This document shows positions 55,333 through 64,000 of a DNA stretch of 64,000 nt, in pieces (the stretch's first letter is position 1; every line of letters starts with the position of its first letter). Source of the DNA: a candidate division TM6 bacterium GW2011_GWF2_28_16 (lineage in GTDB: Bacteria > Babelota > Babeliae > Babelales > UASB340); contig LBNX01000003.1 in NCBI GenBank assembly GCA_000989185.1, forward strand, positions 33,704 to 97,703. Reading direction: 5' to 3'. The notes under the pieces are model-generated. The model had not been told where the DNA came from, searched no databases, and saw only the letters and a program-made list of their open reading frames with translations. Position numbers and translations under genes: made by a program.

Positions 55333-56121
55333 ATGAAAAAATATGTTTTTGGTGCAGTAGCACTTAGTTTGGCTATGGCGTATTCTTGTGCAATAGCTGG
55401 AAATACAAAAGTTGAATCACCTTTTGGTGATATTCAGTTTGGCTTGGTTGTAGAAAAGTCACAAGATTTACAAGAACAAGATATAGATTTAAATCAAAAA
55501 GATTTAGATCAAATAAAAGGTGCTTTGGGTTACATAATTCAGGATTTAAAAGAGCTTAAAGAAAAGCAACCTAATCTTGGTAAAGATGAAACTGTAAATT
55601 TAATACAAAATATTGTAGAAAACAGAAGAGTGATAAATTCTGAAAATAAGCCGGGTTTTGTTAAACGATACTTTTTAAAGTTTGATAAAGCTTTAGATTA
55701 TATGTTAACAGTAAAAGGTTTTATTAAGACGCAGATAATCTTAAGCCCTATTTATATTACAATATTGTACTTATTCGGGCCAGAGATGCTTAATGGGTTT
55801 ATAGAGACCGTTGTTGGTTATTCTTCTAATGCCGCTGCTAAGATTACAGATGCGATTATTGATTCTATAGAAAAAAATAAAGATAAAATTATGCCTATGA
55901 TAGGTAAATCAGCAAGAATATATGGAGAAATGGCACAAAGAGTTTCTTCTAATCAAGAAGTTGGTAAAAATGTTGGAATTTGGAATAATTGGGATTTGAA
56001 AAAAGCTGGGACTTATGTTGCTAATGGAATAAAGTGGGTTATTCCTCTTTTTATAGGTGAATTAATTAAGGCTAAAACAGGAGCTGCGTTTAAGACAGCT
56101 GATATTTTAAATAAAAAATAA
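55333..56121 (+). CDS. Orphan secreted/membrane protein
   Basis: The ATG at 55333 follows GGAGGCTTTT. It has the signal MKKYVFGAVALSLAMAYSCAIA and an internal hydrophobic segment. Confidence 0.55.
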   Translation: MKKYVFGAVALSLAMAYSCAIAGNTKVESPFGDIQFGLVVEKSQDLQEQDIDLNQKDLDQIKGALGYIIQDLKELKEKQPNLGKDETVNLIQNIVENRRVINSENKPGFVKRYFLKFDKALDYMLTVKGFIKTQIILSPIYITILYLFGPEMLNGFIETVVGYSSNAAAKITDAIIDSIEKNKDKIMPMIGKSARIYGEMAQRVSSNQEVGKNVGIWNNWDLKKAGTYVANGIKWVIPLFIGELIKAKTGAAFKTADILNKK

Positions 56122-56150
56122 ATATTAAGATTCTAATATGTATCAAAAAA

Positions 56151-56186
56151 AAGAGGTTTGCATATTTGTGAGCCTCTTTTTTTTTT
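56151..56186 (+). terminator. Rho-independent terminator
   Basis: AAGAGGTT-tgcatatttgtg-AGCCTCTT followed by T10. Confidence 0.65.
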
Positions 56187-56258
56187 CATAAGATTTGCTA
56201 GCTTGTATCAACGTAAATAAAAATTGTGTTTAATATTCATAGATTATGGAATTTTAAG

Positions 56259-57137
56259 ATGAAAAATTTTTTTAAAATATATGTGTTGTTTTCTCTCTTA
56301 TTTTCTTCAAGATATGTGTTTGGTATGAGTGATGATGATTATAATCGATATTATTTTAAATCATATTCTAATCAAGTGTTAAGAGATTGTGATTTAAGTG
56401 GTTATAATTTTATTGGTGAAGATTTGGTTTGTACAAGTTTTAATAGAAGTATTTTAAAGCAAGCTAAGTTTTTTAAAGCCAATGCTAATAATGCAACTTT
56501 TATTGATGCCCATTTGGAATCAGCTAACTTGACTGGAGGATTTTTTAGAAGGGCATATTTTACAGGCGCTTATTTAAATAATGTTGTTGCCTACGTCCTT
56601 GTAGAAAAAAAAGGTAAAATTTTTGAATATTGTGCAAATTTTATTAAAGCAGATTTTACCGGTGCTGATTTGACTGGGGCTGTTTTTAAAAAAGCTTATT
56701 TATCTAGGGCTAATTTTGATGGTGCTATTGTTAAAGATTTAGATTTGGAAGGTGCAGTTGGGCTTACAAATGAACAAAAACAGTACATGCGTGACAATGG
56801 GGCAATAAATGTGCCTGCTGATTTGACGGAGCAAGAATTTAAAGAAGAATGGTTAGCTATTAAAAAGAAATATCACAGCACATTAAAAACAATATTTGAT
56901 AATAGTCTTGGATTGTTACTTTTGCCATTAGCTAAAATTGTTAATTTTACAGTTGATTCTGGTGAACGTTTATATGACAAAATATTTATTGGATTAAGAG
57001 AATTTGGCATTAAATCTTGGCAAGAGGTTAAGAATTTAAACGAAAAGACTCAAAGAAAATTGCTCAAATATTTGATTGAAAAATATCCAGAAATAAAAGA
57101 ATATCCAGAAATAGTTGAAGAACAAGTAAAAAATTAG
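56259..57137 (+). CDS. Pentapeptide-repeat protein with signal peptide and helical C-terminal domain
   Basis: I prefer the ATG at 56259. There are about 25 consecutive A(D/N)LXX-type pentads (CDLSGYNFIGEDLVCTSFNRSILKQAKFFKANANNATFIDAHLESANLTGG...). Confidence 0.75.
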   Translation: MKNFFKIYVLFSLLFSSRYVFGMSDDDYNRYYFKSYSNQVLRDCDLSGYNFIGEDLVCTSFNRSILKQAKFFKANANNATFIDAHLESANLTGGFFRRAYFTGAYLNNVVAYVLVEKKGKIFEYCANFIKADFTGADLTGAVFKKAYLSRANFDGAIVKDLDLEGAVGLTNEQKQYMRDNGAINVPADLTEQEFKEEWLAIKKKYHSTLKTIFDNSLGLLLLPLAKIVNFTVDSGERLYDKIFIGLREFGIKSWQEVKNLNEKTQRKLLKYLIEKYPEIKEYPEIVEEQVKN

Positions 57138-57222
57138 TTTTCAACAACTTGACCTTTATTTAAAATCTTTCTAGATTACATTTTATTGTAAAAAATATGG
57201 TTTGTCTAAATAAGGGTTTTAT

Positions 57223-57942
57223 ATGAAAAATAAAGTATTGTTGTCTGTTTTGCTTGGTGCATTTTTTGTATCAAATATTTTTGCCGGTAAAGATTGTGAT
57301 ATAACAAAAATATCTGAGCCTGAAGAAACTTATTATAAAGAAGGTAGAGAGTGGGAATATCTTGAAAGAATTCTTATTAAAAATATTGATAGAATGGAAT
57401 CCAAAACAAATGGAATTGTAAACAATACATCAACATTAATAGCTACAGTTATATTTTTTGTAGTTGGTGCAGGAGCTGCCAATGATAATGATATAAAAGG
57501 CGTTGCTGGAAAAATATTAGCTGGGTTAGCATCTGGAGGAATTTCTGCCGGCGTAGTTAAATTAGTTTCAATGTTGACACGTGATTGTTGTTGTGACAAA
57601 AAAATAAAAAAAGAAAGATTTGTAAATGTTCTTGAGAAATTTTTACAAAAATATAATCCTGATAAAGATTTAGAGCTTGACGGTGTGAATTATAAAAATA
57701 TTATACCAGAAGAATTGAATGAAACTTTTGATGCATTACATAAAAAATATTCAGAATTTGGTAAAAATTATTTAACTGAAAATAGTATTGAAATTTTAGA
57801 ATCTATAACAGATGAGATTCGTTACGAAATTAAAAGCAATAAATATAAAGAATTAAGTAAGCAACGCAGGGCAGCAATTAAAAATATTAGTGGTACTATT
57901 AATGCTGTAAGAATTGAACAAGCTATAAGAGAACGAAAATAA
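57223..57942 (+). CDS. Orphan secreted protein with Gly/Ala-rich hydrophobic core and CCC motif
   Basis: 239-aa ORF that follows AAGGGTTTTAT. It has the signal MKNKVLLSVLLGAFFVSNIFA. Confidence 0.55.
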   Translation: MKNKVLLSVLLGAFFVSNIFAGKDCDITKISEPEETYYKEGREWEYLERILIKNIDRMESKTNGIVNNTSTLIATVIFFVVGAGAANDNDIKGVAGKILAGLASGGISAGVVKLVSMLTRDCCCDKKIKKERFVNVLEKFLQKYNPDKDLELDGVNYKNIIPEELNETFDALHKKYSEFGKNYLTENSIEILESITDEIRYEIKSNKYKELSKQRRAAIKNISGTINAVRIEQAIRERK

Positions 57943-57967
57943 AATAATTAATTTATTAGGATTGATC

Positions 57968-59173
57968 ATGATTTTAACAAGAAAAAATGCAAAAATTTTA
58001 TTAACATCAATAGTTGTTTTGAGCTTTAATCTTTTTACAAATATAAAAGCTGAAAATCAAGAAAATCAAGTTGAAAAAGTTTATGTAGAAGAAAATCCTA
58101 CATACAAAATTGCTAAAGAAATTAGAAATTTAAAAGAGCAAGATGAATATATAAAAAAATATTTGAGTATAAAAAATCCAATTATTAGATTTAATCTTGA
58201 AGCTGTCAGAAAAGCAAATATTGTAGCTAACGAAAATTATAAAGATTATGCAAAAATAAATTTTGTGCATAATGAACCTATTAAAGGTTTTGGTATTGTT
58301 ATAAATCAAATATTAAAATTTACAGACACTGTTTATGTAGATAAAAATCAAGCTCCTAAGTTGTATGCTGTAGTTGAAAAAATTTGTAAAAAAGCAAATT
58401 TTAAATTGCCATATATGATGATAGCTTTCTCTGATCATGAATATAATTCTGCAAATAAGCATAACACGCTTAATGCAATGGCTATGCCATTTACTCCAGG
58501 GTTTACTGGTATAGTTTTGGGTGAAGATATAATTAATACAATGTCCGATTCTGAATTAACAGCAATTATTGCGCATGAATTGGGCCATCTGGTTAATGAT
58601 AGTAATAAAATAAGTAGATTTGACAGCCTTTTAAGTGCACAAAATATTTTGGGTTCTTTTGGACTTGTTCTTTTAGAAGCCATCTTTTTGGGACAAATTA
58701 AAGATCTTTATAAACATAATAAATTTTGTAAATATTTAGTTGTTTCTGCTATAACAGCGCAGCTTACATTTTATGCTATTTTGTTAAAGGCTTTTATTGC
58801 AAGAATAAGTTCACAAAAACATGAAAAAAATGCTGATAAATTTGCACTTGAGCATACTCAAGATTTGGAAAATTTTATTTCTGCTATGACAAAATTAAAA
58901 AACATTGTAATAGATGCATATGGTTTAGATGGTAAAGATTTTAATTTTGTTGTTCAAGCTATGAATGAGCTTAAAAATAAATCAGAAAATGAATATAAAA
59001 AATTGTATCCAGAGATTTTGGCATTGCAAGATTTTATAAATTTACAAAAATCGATATTTATAGATTCTGATATTGATATACATCTTGGTTTTAATAAGCG
59101 TATTGAATTTGCAAAAAAAGAGTTTGAAAAGTTAATGAAAAATAAACAAGTTGATGTTGCAGTAGCTAAATAA
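57968..59173 (+). CDS. M48-family (HtpX/Ste24-like) zinc metallopeptidase
   Basis: It has HEXXH in the context AIIAHELGHLVND, downstream TM segments and the third-ligand region HEKNADKFALEH (E..AD..A). Confidence 0.65.
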   Translation: MILTRKNAKILLTSIVVLSFNLFTNIKAENQENQVEKVYVEENPTYKIAKEIRNLKEQDEYIKKYLSIKNPIIRFNLEAVRKANIVANENYKDYAKINFVHNEPIKGFGIVINQILKFTDTVYVDKNQAPKLYAVVEKICKKANFKLPYMMIAFSDHEYNSANKHNTLNAMAMPFTPGFTGIVLGEDIINTMSDSELTAIIAHELGHLVNDSNKISRFDSLLSAQNILGSFGLVLLEAIFLGQIKDLYKHNKFCKYLVVSAITAQLTFYAILLKAFIARISSQKHEKNADKFALEHTQDLENFISAMTKLKNIVIDAYGLDGKDFNFVVQAMNELKNKSENEYKKLYPEILALQDFINLQKSIFIDSDIDIHLGFNKRIEFAKKEFEKLMKNKQVDVAVAK

Positions 59174-59192
59174 AAAAAATTAACTTGCATTT

Positions 59193-59244
59193 GAGCCTGC
59201 TCAAGCAGGCGGCTTTGAGGTAGCCCAGTGCGTGTGCGCTGGGC
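59193..59244. repeat. Class A GC-rich repeat (short form)
   Basis: GAGCCTGCTCAAGCAGGCGGCTTTGAGGTAGCCCAGTGCGTGTGCGCTGGGC. Confidence 0.8.
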
Positions 59245-59277
59245 TAATTTGTTTTGTATTAAAGGGCCTATATTTTT

Positions 59278-59327
59278 CGGCAATGCCCATTCGACTTCGC
59301 AACAAGTTGCTTCGCTCAGGGCGAACG
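59278..59327. repeat. GC-rich repeat related to 49391-49476
   Basis: cggcaatgcccattcgacttcGCAACaaGTTGCttcgctcagggcgaacg. Confidence 0.6.
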
Positions 59328-59356
59328 ATATACACTTAAAAAATATGTAAGTATTT

Positions 59357-60670
59357 TTGATGTGCTTATTTTTTTGGTGTTATATGTTTAATATATTTTT
59401 TTGGAAAAAAGAAACCCGCTTTCAAAAGTTTAAAAATAAAATAAAAAAAATTACAAAAATAGTGGGGCCGGGTTTTGTTACAGGGGCATCAGATGATGAT
59501 CCATCTGGAATTGGAACATACTCTGTTGCAGGAGCAAAATATGGCTTGCAAACACTTTGGCTAGTCCCATTTTTATTTCCATTAATGTTTGTAATTCAAG
59601 AAATGTGTGCAAGAATTGGCATAGCAACGGGGCAGGGGCTTGCTGCAAACATGCAAAAGTTCTTCCCAAAATATATTTTGTATTCGATTATACTTTTTTT
59701 GTGTATAGCTAACATAATAAATATTGGTGCAGATATTTCTATAATGGCTGCCAGTATTAAAATGCTTATTGGTGGTAGTGTTAATTTGTGGGCAATTATA
59801 TTAAGTATTATTATTATTTTATTACAAGTTTTTATTGCATATCATTATTATTCTAAAATTTTATTATTTTTAACTTTATTTTTATTTGCTTATGTAATAA
59901 CTGCTTTTATGACAGTAAATAATTGGTTAGAAGTTATAAAATTTACTTTTATACCTCATGTAAAATTTAATAAAGATTTTATTATTATGCTTACAGCGTT
60001 TATAGGAACTACGATATCGCCATATTTATTTTTTTGGCAAACCTCGCATGAGATAGAAGAAATAGAGGATAACGGTGATCAAAATCCAGGTAGAAGTCTT
60101 AAACGGGATTTAATAAAAAAAATGCGAATAGATACATTTTGGGGTATGTTATTTTCGCAACTTATTGCATTTTTTATAGTTGTAACATGCTTTGCTACTC
60201 TTTATAAAAATGGCATTACAAATATTTTAACAGCCCAAGATGCAGCTATGGCACTAAAACCATTTGCGGGTAATTTTTCTTACTTAGTTTTTACTTTAGG
60301 AATTATTGGAGCAGGGCTTTTGGGTATTCCTGTTCTTGCAGGTTCTAGTGCATATGCTTTGTCACAAATAAGTAATAAAAAATATAGTCTTTCGTTGAAA
60401 TATAACGAGGCTAAATTTTTTTATAATATAATTATCTTTTCTGTAGTTATTGGTTTATTAATTAGCTTTATTAATATTAGCCCAATCAAAGCACTTGTTT
60501 ATGCTGCTGTTGTTAATGGCATTGTTGCTGTGCCTATAATTTTTTTTATAATACTTTTGGCAAATAAAACGCATGTTATGGGTGAGCATAAAAATAGTAA
60601 ATTATCGAATTTTGGTGCATTTTTTACATGTATAATTATGTTTTTATGCGCAATTATAATGTTTTGGTAA
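59357..60670 (+). CDS. NRAMP-family divalent metal transporter
   Basis: 437 aa and polytopic. The motif GPGFVTGASDDDPSGIGTYSVAGAKYGLQTLW is present. The true start may be the internal Met near 59384. Confidence 0.75.
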   Translation: MMCLFFWCYMFNIFFWKKETRFQKFKNKIKKITKIVGPGFVTGASDDDPSGIGTYSVAGAKYGLQTLWLVPFLFPLMFVIQEMCARIGIATGQGLAANMQKFFPKYILYSIILFLCIANIINIGADISIMAASIKMLIGGSVNLWAIILSIIIILLQVFIAYHYYSKILLFLTLFLFAYVITAFMTVNNWLEVIKFTFIPHVKFNKDFIIMLTAFIGTTISPYLFFWQTSHEIEEIEDNGDQNPGRSLKRDLIKKMRIDTFWGMLFSQLIAFFIVVTCFATLYKNGITNILTAQDAAMALKPFAGNFSYLVFTLGIIGAGLLGIPVLAGSSAYALSQISNKKYSLSLKYNEAKFFYNIIIFSVVIGLLISFINISPIKALVYAAVVNGIVAVPIIFFIILLANKTHVMGEHKNSKLSNFGAFFTCIIMFLCAIIMFW

Positions 60671-60683
60671 AAGCTAAAAAAAA

Positions 60684-60700
60684 GCGGGAACAAATCCCGC
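60684..60700. terminator. Bidirectional hairpin terminator
   Basis: GCGGGA-acaaa-TCCCGC has an A-run before it and a T-rich tail after it. Confidence 0.55.
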
Positions 60701-60727
60701 CTTTACTATTTTGTAAGTTTTTAAAAA

Positions 60728-61267
60728 TTAATTAGTTTGTTTTACAACACCCTTTGGTGCTTCAACTACTTGAGGTTTGCCATTTAAATCTATATCTATT
60801 TTAGAAAGCTTTTTTAAATACCAAGCTTTTTCCATTTCTGTTTCTTTTGATATTGCACAAATTACAACATCTCTTGGAACTAATAGATCTTTTGTAATAG
60901 CGCCATTAATGGCTGTTACTTCTACTAAAATATATTCTTTATCTTGATATCTTGGTGACATGTAATTTTCGTTTAATATTTTTATTTCTTTTATTTTTGT
61001 TAAATCTAAAACATTTATAGAATCATCACTTTCTCTTCTTACTCCACCAATTTTGCTGTGGCCAGAAAATGATATTTGTTTTGCTGGTATTACATTTTGA
61101 TCATCATAAATTGTACCATTTACTAAACTTTCGCCATCTAGTACTTTTACAAATTCTGGATTTTGGGCAGCAGAGTCTTTTTTTGCACCATCTGTAAAAT
61201 TTGCGCAAACTAATAGAAGTGTTATTGCCCATGCAATATTTAAAATCATACTTAGTCTTTTATTCAT
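60728..61267 (-). CDS. Orphan secreted protein
   Basis: I prefer the ATG at 61267, which follows AAGGAGAATTTT. It has the signal MNKRLSMILNIAWAITLLLVCA. Confidence 0.55.
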   Translation of the reverse strand: MNKRLSMILNIAWAITLLLVCANFTDGAKKDSAAQNPEFVKVLDGESLVNGTIYDDQNVIPAKQISFSGHSKIGGVRRESDDSINVLDLTKIKEIKILNENYMSPRYQDKEYILVEVTAINGAITKDLLVPRDVVICAISKETEMEKAWYLKKLSKIDIDLNGKPQVVEAPKGVVKQTN

Positions 61268-61382
61268 AAAATTCTCCTTTAAATACAAAAAGACTTAAAT
61301 TGCTTTTTTTAAACGTAAAAGTATGGTAACAAATTAAAGTGGTAAATTTCTAGAATATAATTTTTTATTATAAAAATTATTA

Positions 61383-61424
61383 GCGAAAGCTGGCTGCGCC
61401 ATACGAAGCCTTGGCGAAGTATGG
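61383..61424. repeat. CCA-anchored M-type hairpin at the 3' end of tRNA-Ser(TGA)
   Basis: On the + strand it reads gcgaaagctggctgcgCCATAC-gaagccttggcgaa-GTATGG. The last TGG is the complement of the tRNA CCA. Confidence 0.8.
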
Positions 61425-61513
61425 TGGAGAGAGTGAGATTCGAACTCACGATTCCTGTTTCCAGGAATAACGGTTTTCAAGACCGCCGCATTCAACCACT
61501 CTGCCATCTCTCC
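61422..61513 (-). tRNA. tRNA-Ser (TGA)
   Basis: Reverse complement GGAGAGATGGCAGAGTGGTTGAATGCGGCGGTCTTGAAAACCG...long variable arm...GAGTTCGAATCTCACTCTCTCCACCA. Confidence 0.9.
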
Positions 61514-61610
61514 GGTTATTTTTTTAGGTTGAGATATATTTCAAAAGTTTTTGTGAAGATAAATTTGCATCTAGGCTAATAGATAGCGTTAATTTAATTT
61601 TAAATACCAA

Positions 61611-61688
61611 GTCCAGGTCCGCCGTCGCTCTGGCGAGCTTCCACCGACGCTAAAGCTATGGTGGACATGATGGCGTGACAGCCTACGC
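61611..61688. repeat. GC-rich repeat with M core between the two tRNA-Ser genes
   Basis: gtccaggtccgccgtcgctctggcgagcttCCACCgacgctaaagctatGGTGGacatgatggcgtgacagcctacgc. Confidence 0.75.
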
Positions 61689-61721
61689 AATAGTGCTAAC
61701 AAAGTTTTTATAATATAAATA

Positions 61722-61761
61722 CCGGTCCTGGCATGCCAGCCGTAGCTTTAGCGTAGGCTGG
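61722..61761. repeat. CCA-anchored M-type hairpin at the 3' end of tRNA-Ser(GCT)
   Basis: ccggtcctggcatgCCAGCC-gtagctttagcgta-GGCTGG overlaps the tRNA CCA complement. Confidence 0.8.
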
Positions 61762-61850
61762 TGGAGAGAGAGGGATTCGAACCCTCGATCCCGGTTTCCC
61801 AGGATACTTACTTAGCAGGCAAGCGCTTTCGACCACTCAGCCATCTCTCC
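61759..61850 (-). tRNA. tRNA-Ser (GCT)
   Basis: Reverse complement GGAGAGATGGCTGAGTGGTCGAAAGCGCTTGCCTGCTAAGTAAG...GAGGGTTCGAATCCCTCTCTCTCCACCA. Confidence 0.9.
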
Positions 61851-61860
61851 GTATAATATT

Positions 61861-61937
61861 TGGTGCGCCCAAGAGGAGTTGAACCTCTAACCTTCAGATC
61901 CGTAGTCTGACGCTCTATCCAATTGAGCTATGGGCGC
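61861..61937 (-). tRNA. tRNA-Arg (ACG)
   Basis: Reverse complement GCGCCCATAGCTCAATTGGATAGAGCGTCAGACTACGGATCTGAAGGTTAGAGGTTCAACTCCTCTTGGGCGCACCA. Confidence 0.9.
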
Positions 61938-62060
61938 AATATAGCAATTTCAATAATAATTGCATAATATTTATTTGCAATAATAAAATATTATAAAAAA
62001 TAATATACTATCTTGCAATCGAGATTTACAAATTAATTTATATATTTAGAGGAGATTGGT

Positions 62061-62318
62061 TTGATTATAGATATAAGTGTTACTACAAGCTCAGGCAGGC
62101 AGGCTTTTTTGCTCGATAAATCAGGGATTTTAAAGTGTTACTTAAAAAGTGCCCCAGAGCATGGCAAAGCTAACGATGAAATTATTGAAATTTTGGTTAA
62201 AAAGCTAAAAATAGCCAAAAATTTAATAAATATAATATCTGGTAGAACAAGCAGAAAAAAGAAAGTTAAGATAGATATAGATTTAGAGTATCAAGATTTA
62301 TTAAAAATAATTTTATAA
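62061..62318 (+). CDS. DUF167/YggU-family small protein
   Basis: 85 aa. YLKSAPEHGKANDEIIEILVKKLKIAKNLINIISGRTSRKKKVKI fits the YggU pattern (P..GKAN...G..SR.K). Confidence 0.65.
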   Translation: MIIDISVTTSSGRQAFLLDKSGILKCYLKSAPEHGKANDEIIEILVKKLKIAKNLINIISGRTSRKKKVKIDIDLEYQDLLKIIL

Positions 62319-62342
62319 ATTAAACAAAATTAGGGGAATTTG

Positions 62343-63557
62343 ATGGAGCGTTTTTTTTGGCAGGGCATAAATTTGCAGGGGCAAGATGTTTCTGGAATTA
62401 TTGATGCAAAAGATTCCCAAGAGTTAAATTTTATTTTATTGCGTCATAATATTGCTCTTACAAAATTTAAAATAAAAAATAATAAAAATATTTTATTTAA
62501 TAATTTTTTTAATAAAAATATAAATTTAAAAGATAAATTATTTTTTTTTGAACAGTTATATACATTAAATTCTAGTGGTGTATCACTTTTAGAATCGTTA
62601 AATGTTTTACAAGATCAAATAAAAAATAAAAAATTTAAAAAAATAATTATACAAATAATAGAAGATATAAAAAATGGTAAAAGTTTTGCTCAAGCATTAA
62701 ATATGCATGATACAATATTTTTTCAGGATCAAATTAACATTATAAAATCGGGCGAAAGCTCAGGTAAATTAGATATAGTTCTTGGCAAAATATCTCAGAA
62801 TTTAAATAAAAAATTTAACTTAATTAAAAAATTACAAAATGCAGCTTTATTGCCAATAATTACAGTAATATTTTCAGTGTTTTTAGTTTTGGGTATTTTT
62901 ATTTTTGTTATTCCTCAATTTGAAAGTTTATTTAATTCGTTTGATAAAGAGTTGCCAGAAACTACAAAGTTTATATTCAAAATTAGCAATAATTTACGTT
63001 CAGGGAATATATTTTTAATAATAATATTTTTTTTATTATTTTTATTATTAATAAAATATTTATTTAATTTAAGTTATATAAAAAAATATAAAAACTGGTT
63101 TGTATTTAATTTTTATTTTTTAAATAAAATTTTTATTTATTATTATTTAACTAGTTTTTTTTCGGCACTTTCGATGTTTTTAGTTTCTGGAATAGATCTT
63201 AAAAAGTCTTTAGATTTGGCTTTAAATACAGTTGATAATATTTATTTAAAAGAAAAATTATTAAAATTAAGAGATTTTGTTGTTTTAGGACAACCTTTAA
63301 ATATGGCTTTAAAAAATGTTAATTTAAAATTTATAGCACCAGAGATAATCTCTTTAATCGCTGTTGGAGAAAAAACAGGTAAATTAGATTTAATTCTTGA
63401 GCGTGTTGCAATATTATGCGATCAAAATCTAGAAAAAAAAATAAAATTACTAGTTAGTTTATTCCAGCCAATATTATTAATTTTGGTTGGATTTATTATT
63501 GTCATTTTGATGTTATCTATATATTTACCAATATTTAATGCTGCAAGTCTTGTATAA
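62343..63557 (+). CDS. Type II secretion / type IV pilus platform protein (GspF/PilC family)
   Basis: There are two repeats of the GspF domain (SGESSGKLD, GEKTGKLD), three TM segments and the C-terminal IYLPIFN. Confidence 0.8.
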   Translation: MERFFWQGINLQGQDVSGIIDAKDSQELNFILLRHNIALTKFKIKNNKNILFNNFFNKNINLKDKLFFFEQLYTLNSSGVSLLESLNVLQDQIKNKKFKKIIIQIIEDIKNGKSFAQALNMHDTIFFQDQINIIKSGESSGKLDIVLGKISQNLNKKFNLIKKLQNAALLPIITVIFSVFLVLGIFIFVIPQFESLFNSFDKELPETTKFIFKISNNLRSGNIFLIIIFFLLFLLLIKYLFNLSYIKKYKNWFVFNFYFLNKIFIYYYLTSFFSALSMFLVSGIDLKKSLDLALNTVDNIYLKEKLLKLRDFVVLGQPLNMALKNVNLKFIAPEIISLIAVGEKTGKLDLILERVAILCDQNLEKKIKLLVSLFQPILLILVGFIIVILMLSIYLPIFNAASLV

Positions 63558-63647
63558 TTAAATAATAAATTAAAAATTAAGTATAATTTTCTTGACGATA
63601 ATGCGCATTTTGTTACATTAAAAACGTGATATAAGTGATATTTATTG

Positions 63648-63734
63648 GCCGAAGTGGCGAAATTGGTAGACGCGCGAGACTCAAAATCTCGAGGTGGCAA
63701 CACCGTGTCGGTTCGAGTCCGACCTTCGGCACCA
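63648..63734 (+). tRNA. tRNA-Leu (CAA)
   Basis: GCCGAAGTGGCGAAATTGGTAGACGCGCGAGACTCAAAATCTCG...long variable arm...GGTTCGAGTCCGACCTTCGGCACCA. Confidence 0.9.
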
Positions 63735-63776
63735 GCCGTCGCTCCTGCGGAGCTATGGCTGGCAGGCCAGGACTGG
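63732..63776. repeat. CCA-anchored M-type hairpin at the 3' end of tRNA-Leu
   Basis: CCAGCC-gtcgctcctgcggagctat-GGCTGG followed by caggccaggactgg. The first CCA is the tRNA CCA. Confidence 0.8.
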
Positions 63777-63790
63777 AAGTTTTAAAATTT

Positions 63791-64000
63791 ATGTTTGATT
63801 CTAATTGCATTTTTTGCAAAATAATTCAAAAACAAATACCAAGTAATATTATAAAAGAAACAGAGCATGTTTTAGTTATAAAAGATTTGCATCCAAAAGC
63901 ACCTTATCATTATTTGATAATGCCAAAAAAACATATAGAAAATGTGGGAATGTTGCAAGATGCTGATATTAATTTAATTGTCGATATGGTTTTTGTTGCA
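63791..64000 (+). CDS. HIT-family (histidine triad) protein, 5' part, truncated by the window edge
   Basis: MFDSNCIFCKIIQKQIPSNIIKETEHVLVIKDLHPKAPYHYLIMPKKHIEN is the typical HIT N-terminal half. The HxHxH motif lies beyond the window. Confidence 0.75.
   Translation, partial: MFDSNCIFCKIIQKQIPSNIIKETEHVLVIKDLHPKAPYHYLIMPKKHIENVGMLQDADINLIVDMVFVA

Noticed and set aside
61611-61688. GC-rich segments (here and at 63735-63776, 45167-45282) as candidate SRP RNA, RNase P RNA or another housekeeping ncRNA
   Set aside because: I looked for the SRP GGAAGGAAGCAGC-type motif and the RNase P GAGGAAAGTCC motif and found neither. The segments are explained by the repeat modules.

Overview
This is a very AT-rich bacterial chromosome segment. 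By eye it is about 25-30% GC, with GC-rich sequence confined to RNA genes and short repeat patches. The content fits a host-dependent or intracellular lineage. My guess is something Dependentiae/TM6-like, which is inference only.

Features present:
- Housekeeping genes: tal, leuS, rsmA, rarA, trxB, ftsL-like/ftsI, adk, lgt, dnaG-rpoD, truA, cdsA, hisS, galE, trkH, mutL, bamA and a pilC/gspF-like gene.
- RNA genes: one tmRNA and six tRNAs (fMet, Gln, Ser x2, Arg, Leu).
- Two tandem NTT-type ATP/ADP translocase paralogs.
- Eukaryote-like proteins: ankyrin, an F-box-like protein with ANK repeats, and an ATAD3-like AAA ATPase.
- Many orphan signal-peptide proteins.

Most notable observations:
1. 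A modular family of GC-rich hairpin repeats has at least 23 copies. They sit at gene ends, flank tmRNA and tRNAs, and lie in-frame inside mutL (six copies in the linker) and galE. In four RNA genes the encoded 3' CCA forms the first bases of the repeat hairpin.
2. Two normally cytosolic enzymes carry lipoprotein signal peptides: adenylate kinase and a TrxR-Trx fusion. The adenylate kinase lies next to a secreted phosphatase and the two nucleotide antiporters, which suggests periplasmic handling of host nucleotides and reductant.
3. A 1.96-kb orphan-gene cassette beside tmRNA is bracketed by a duplicated rarA 5' end.
4. An orphan-gene tract lies downstream of tRNA-Gln.

Coordinates I derived by hand (RNA ends, repeats, alternative starts) may be off by 1-2 nt.
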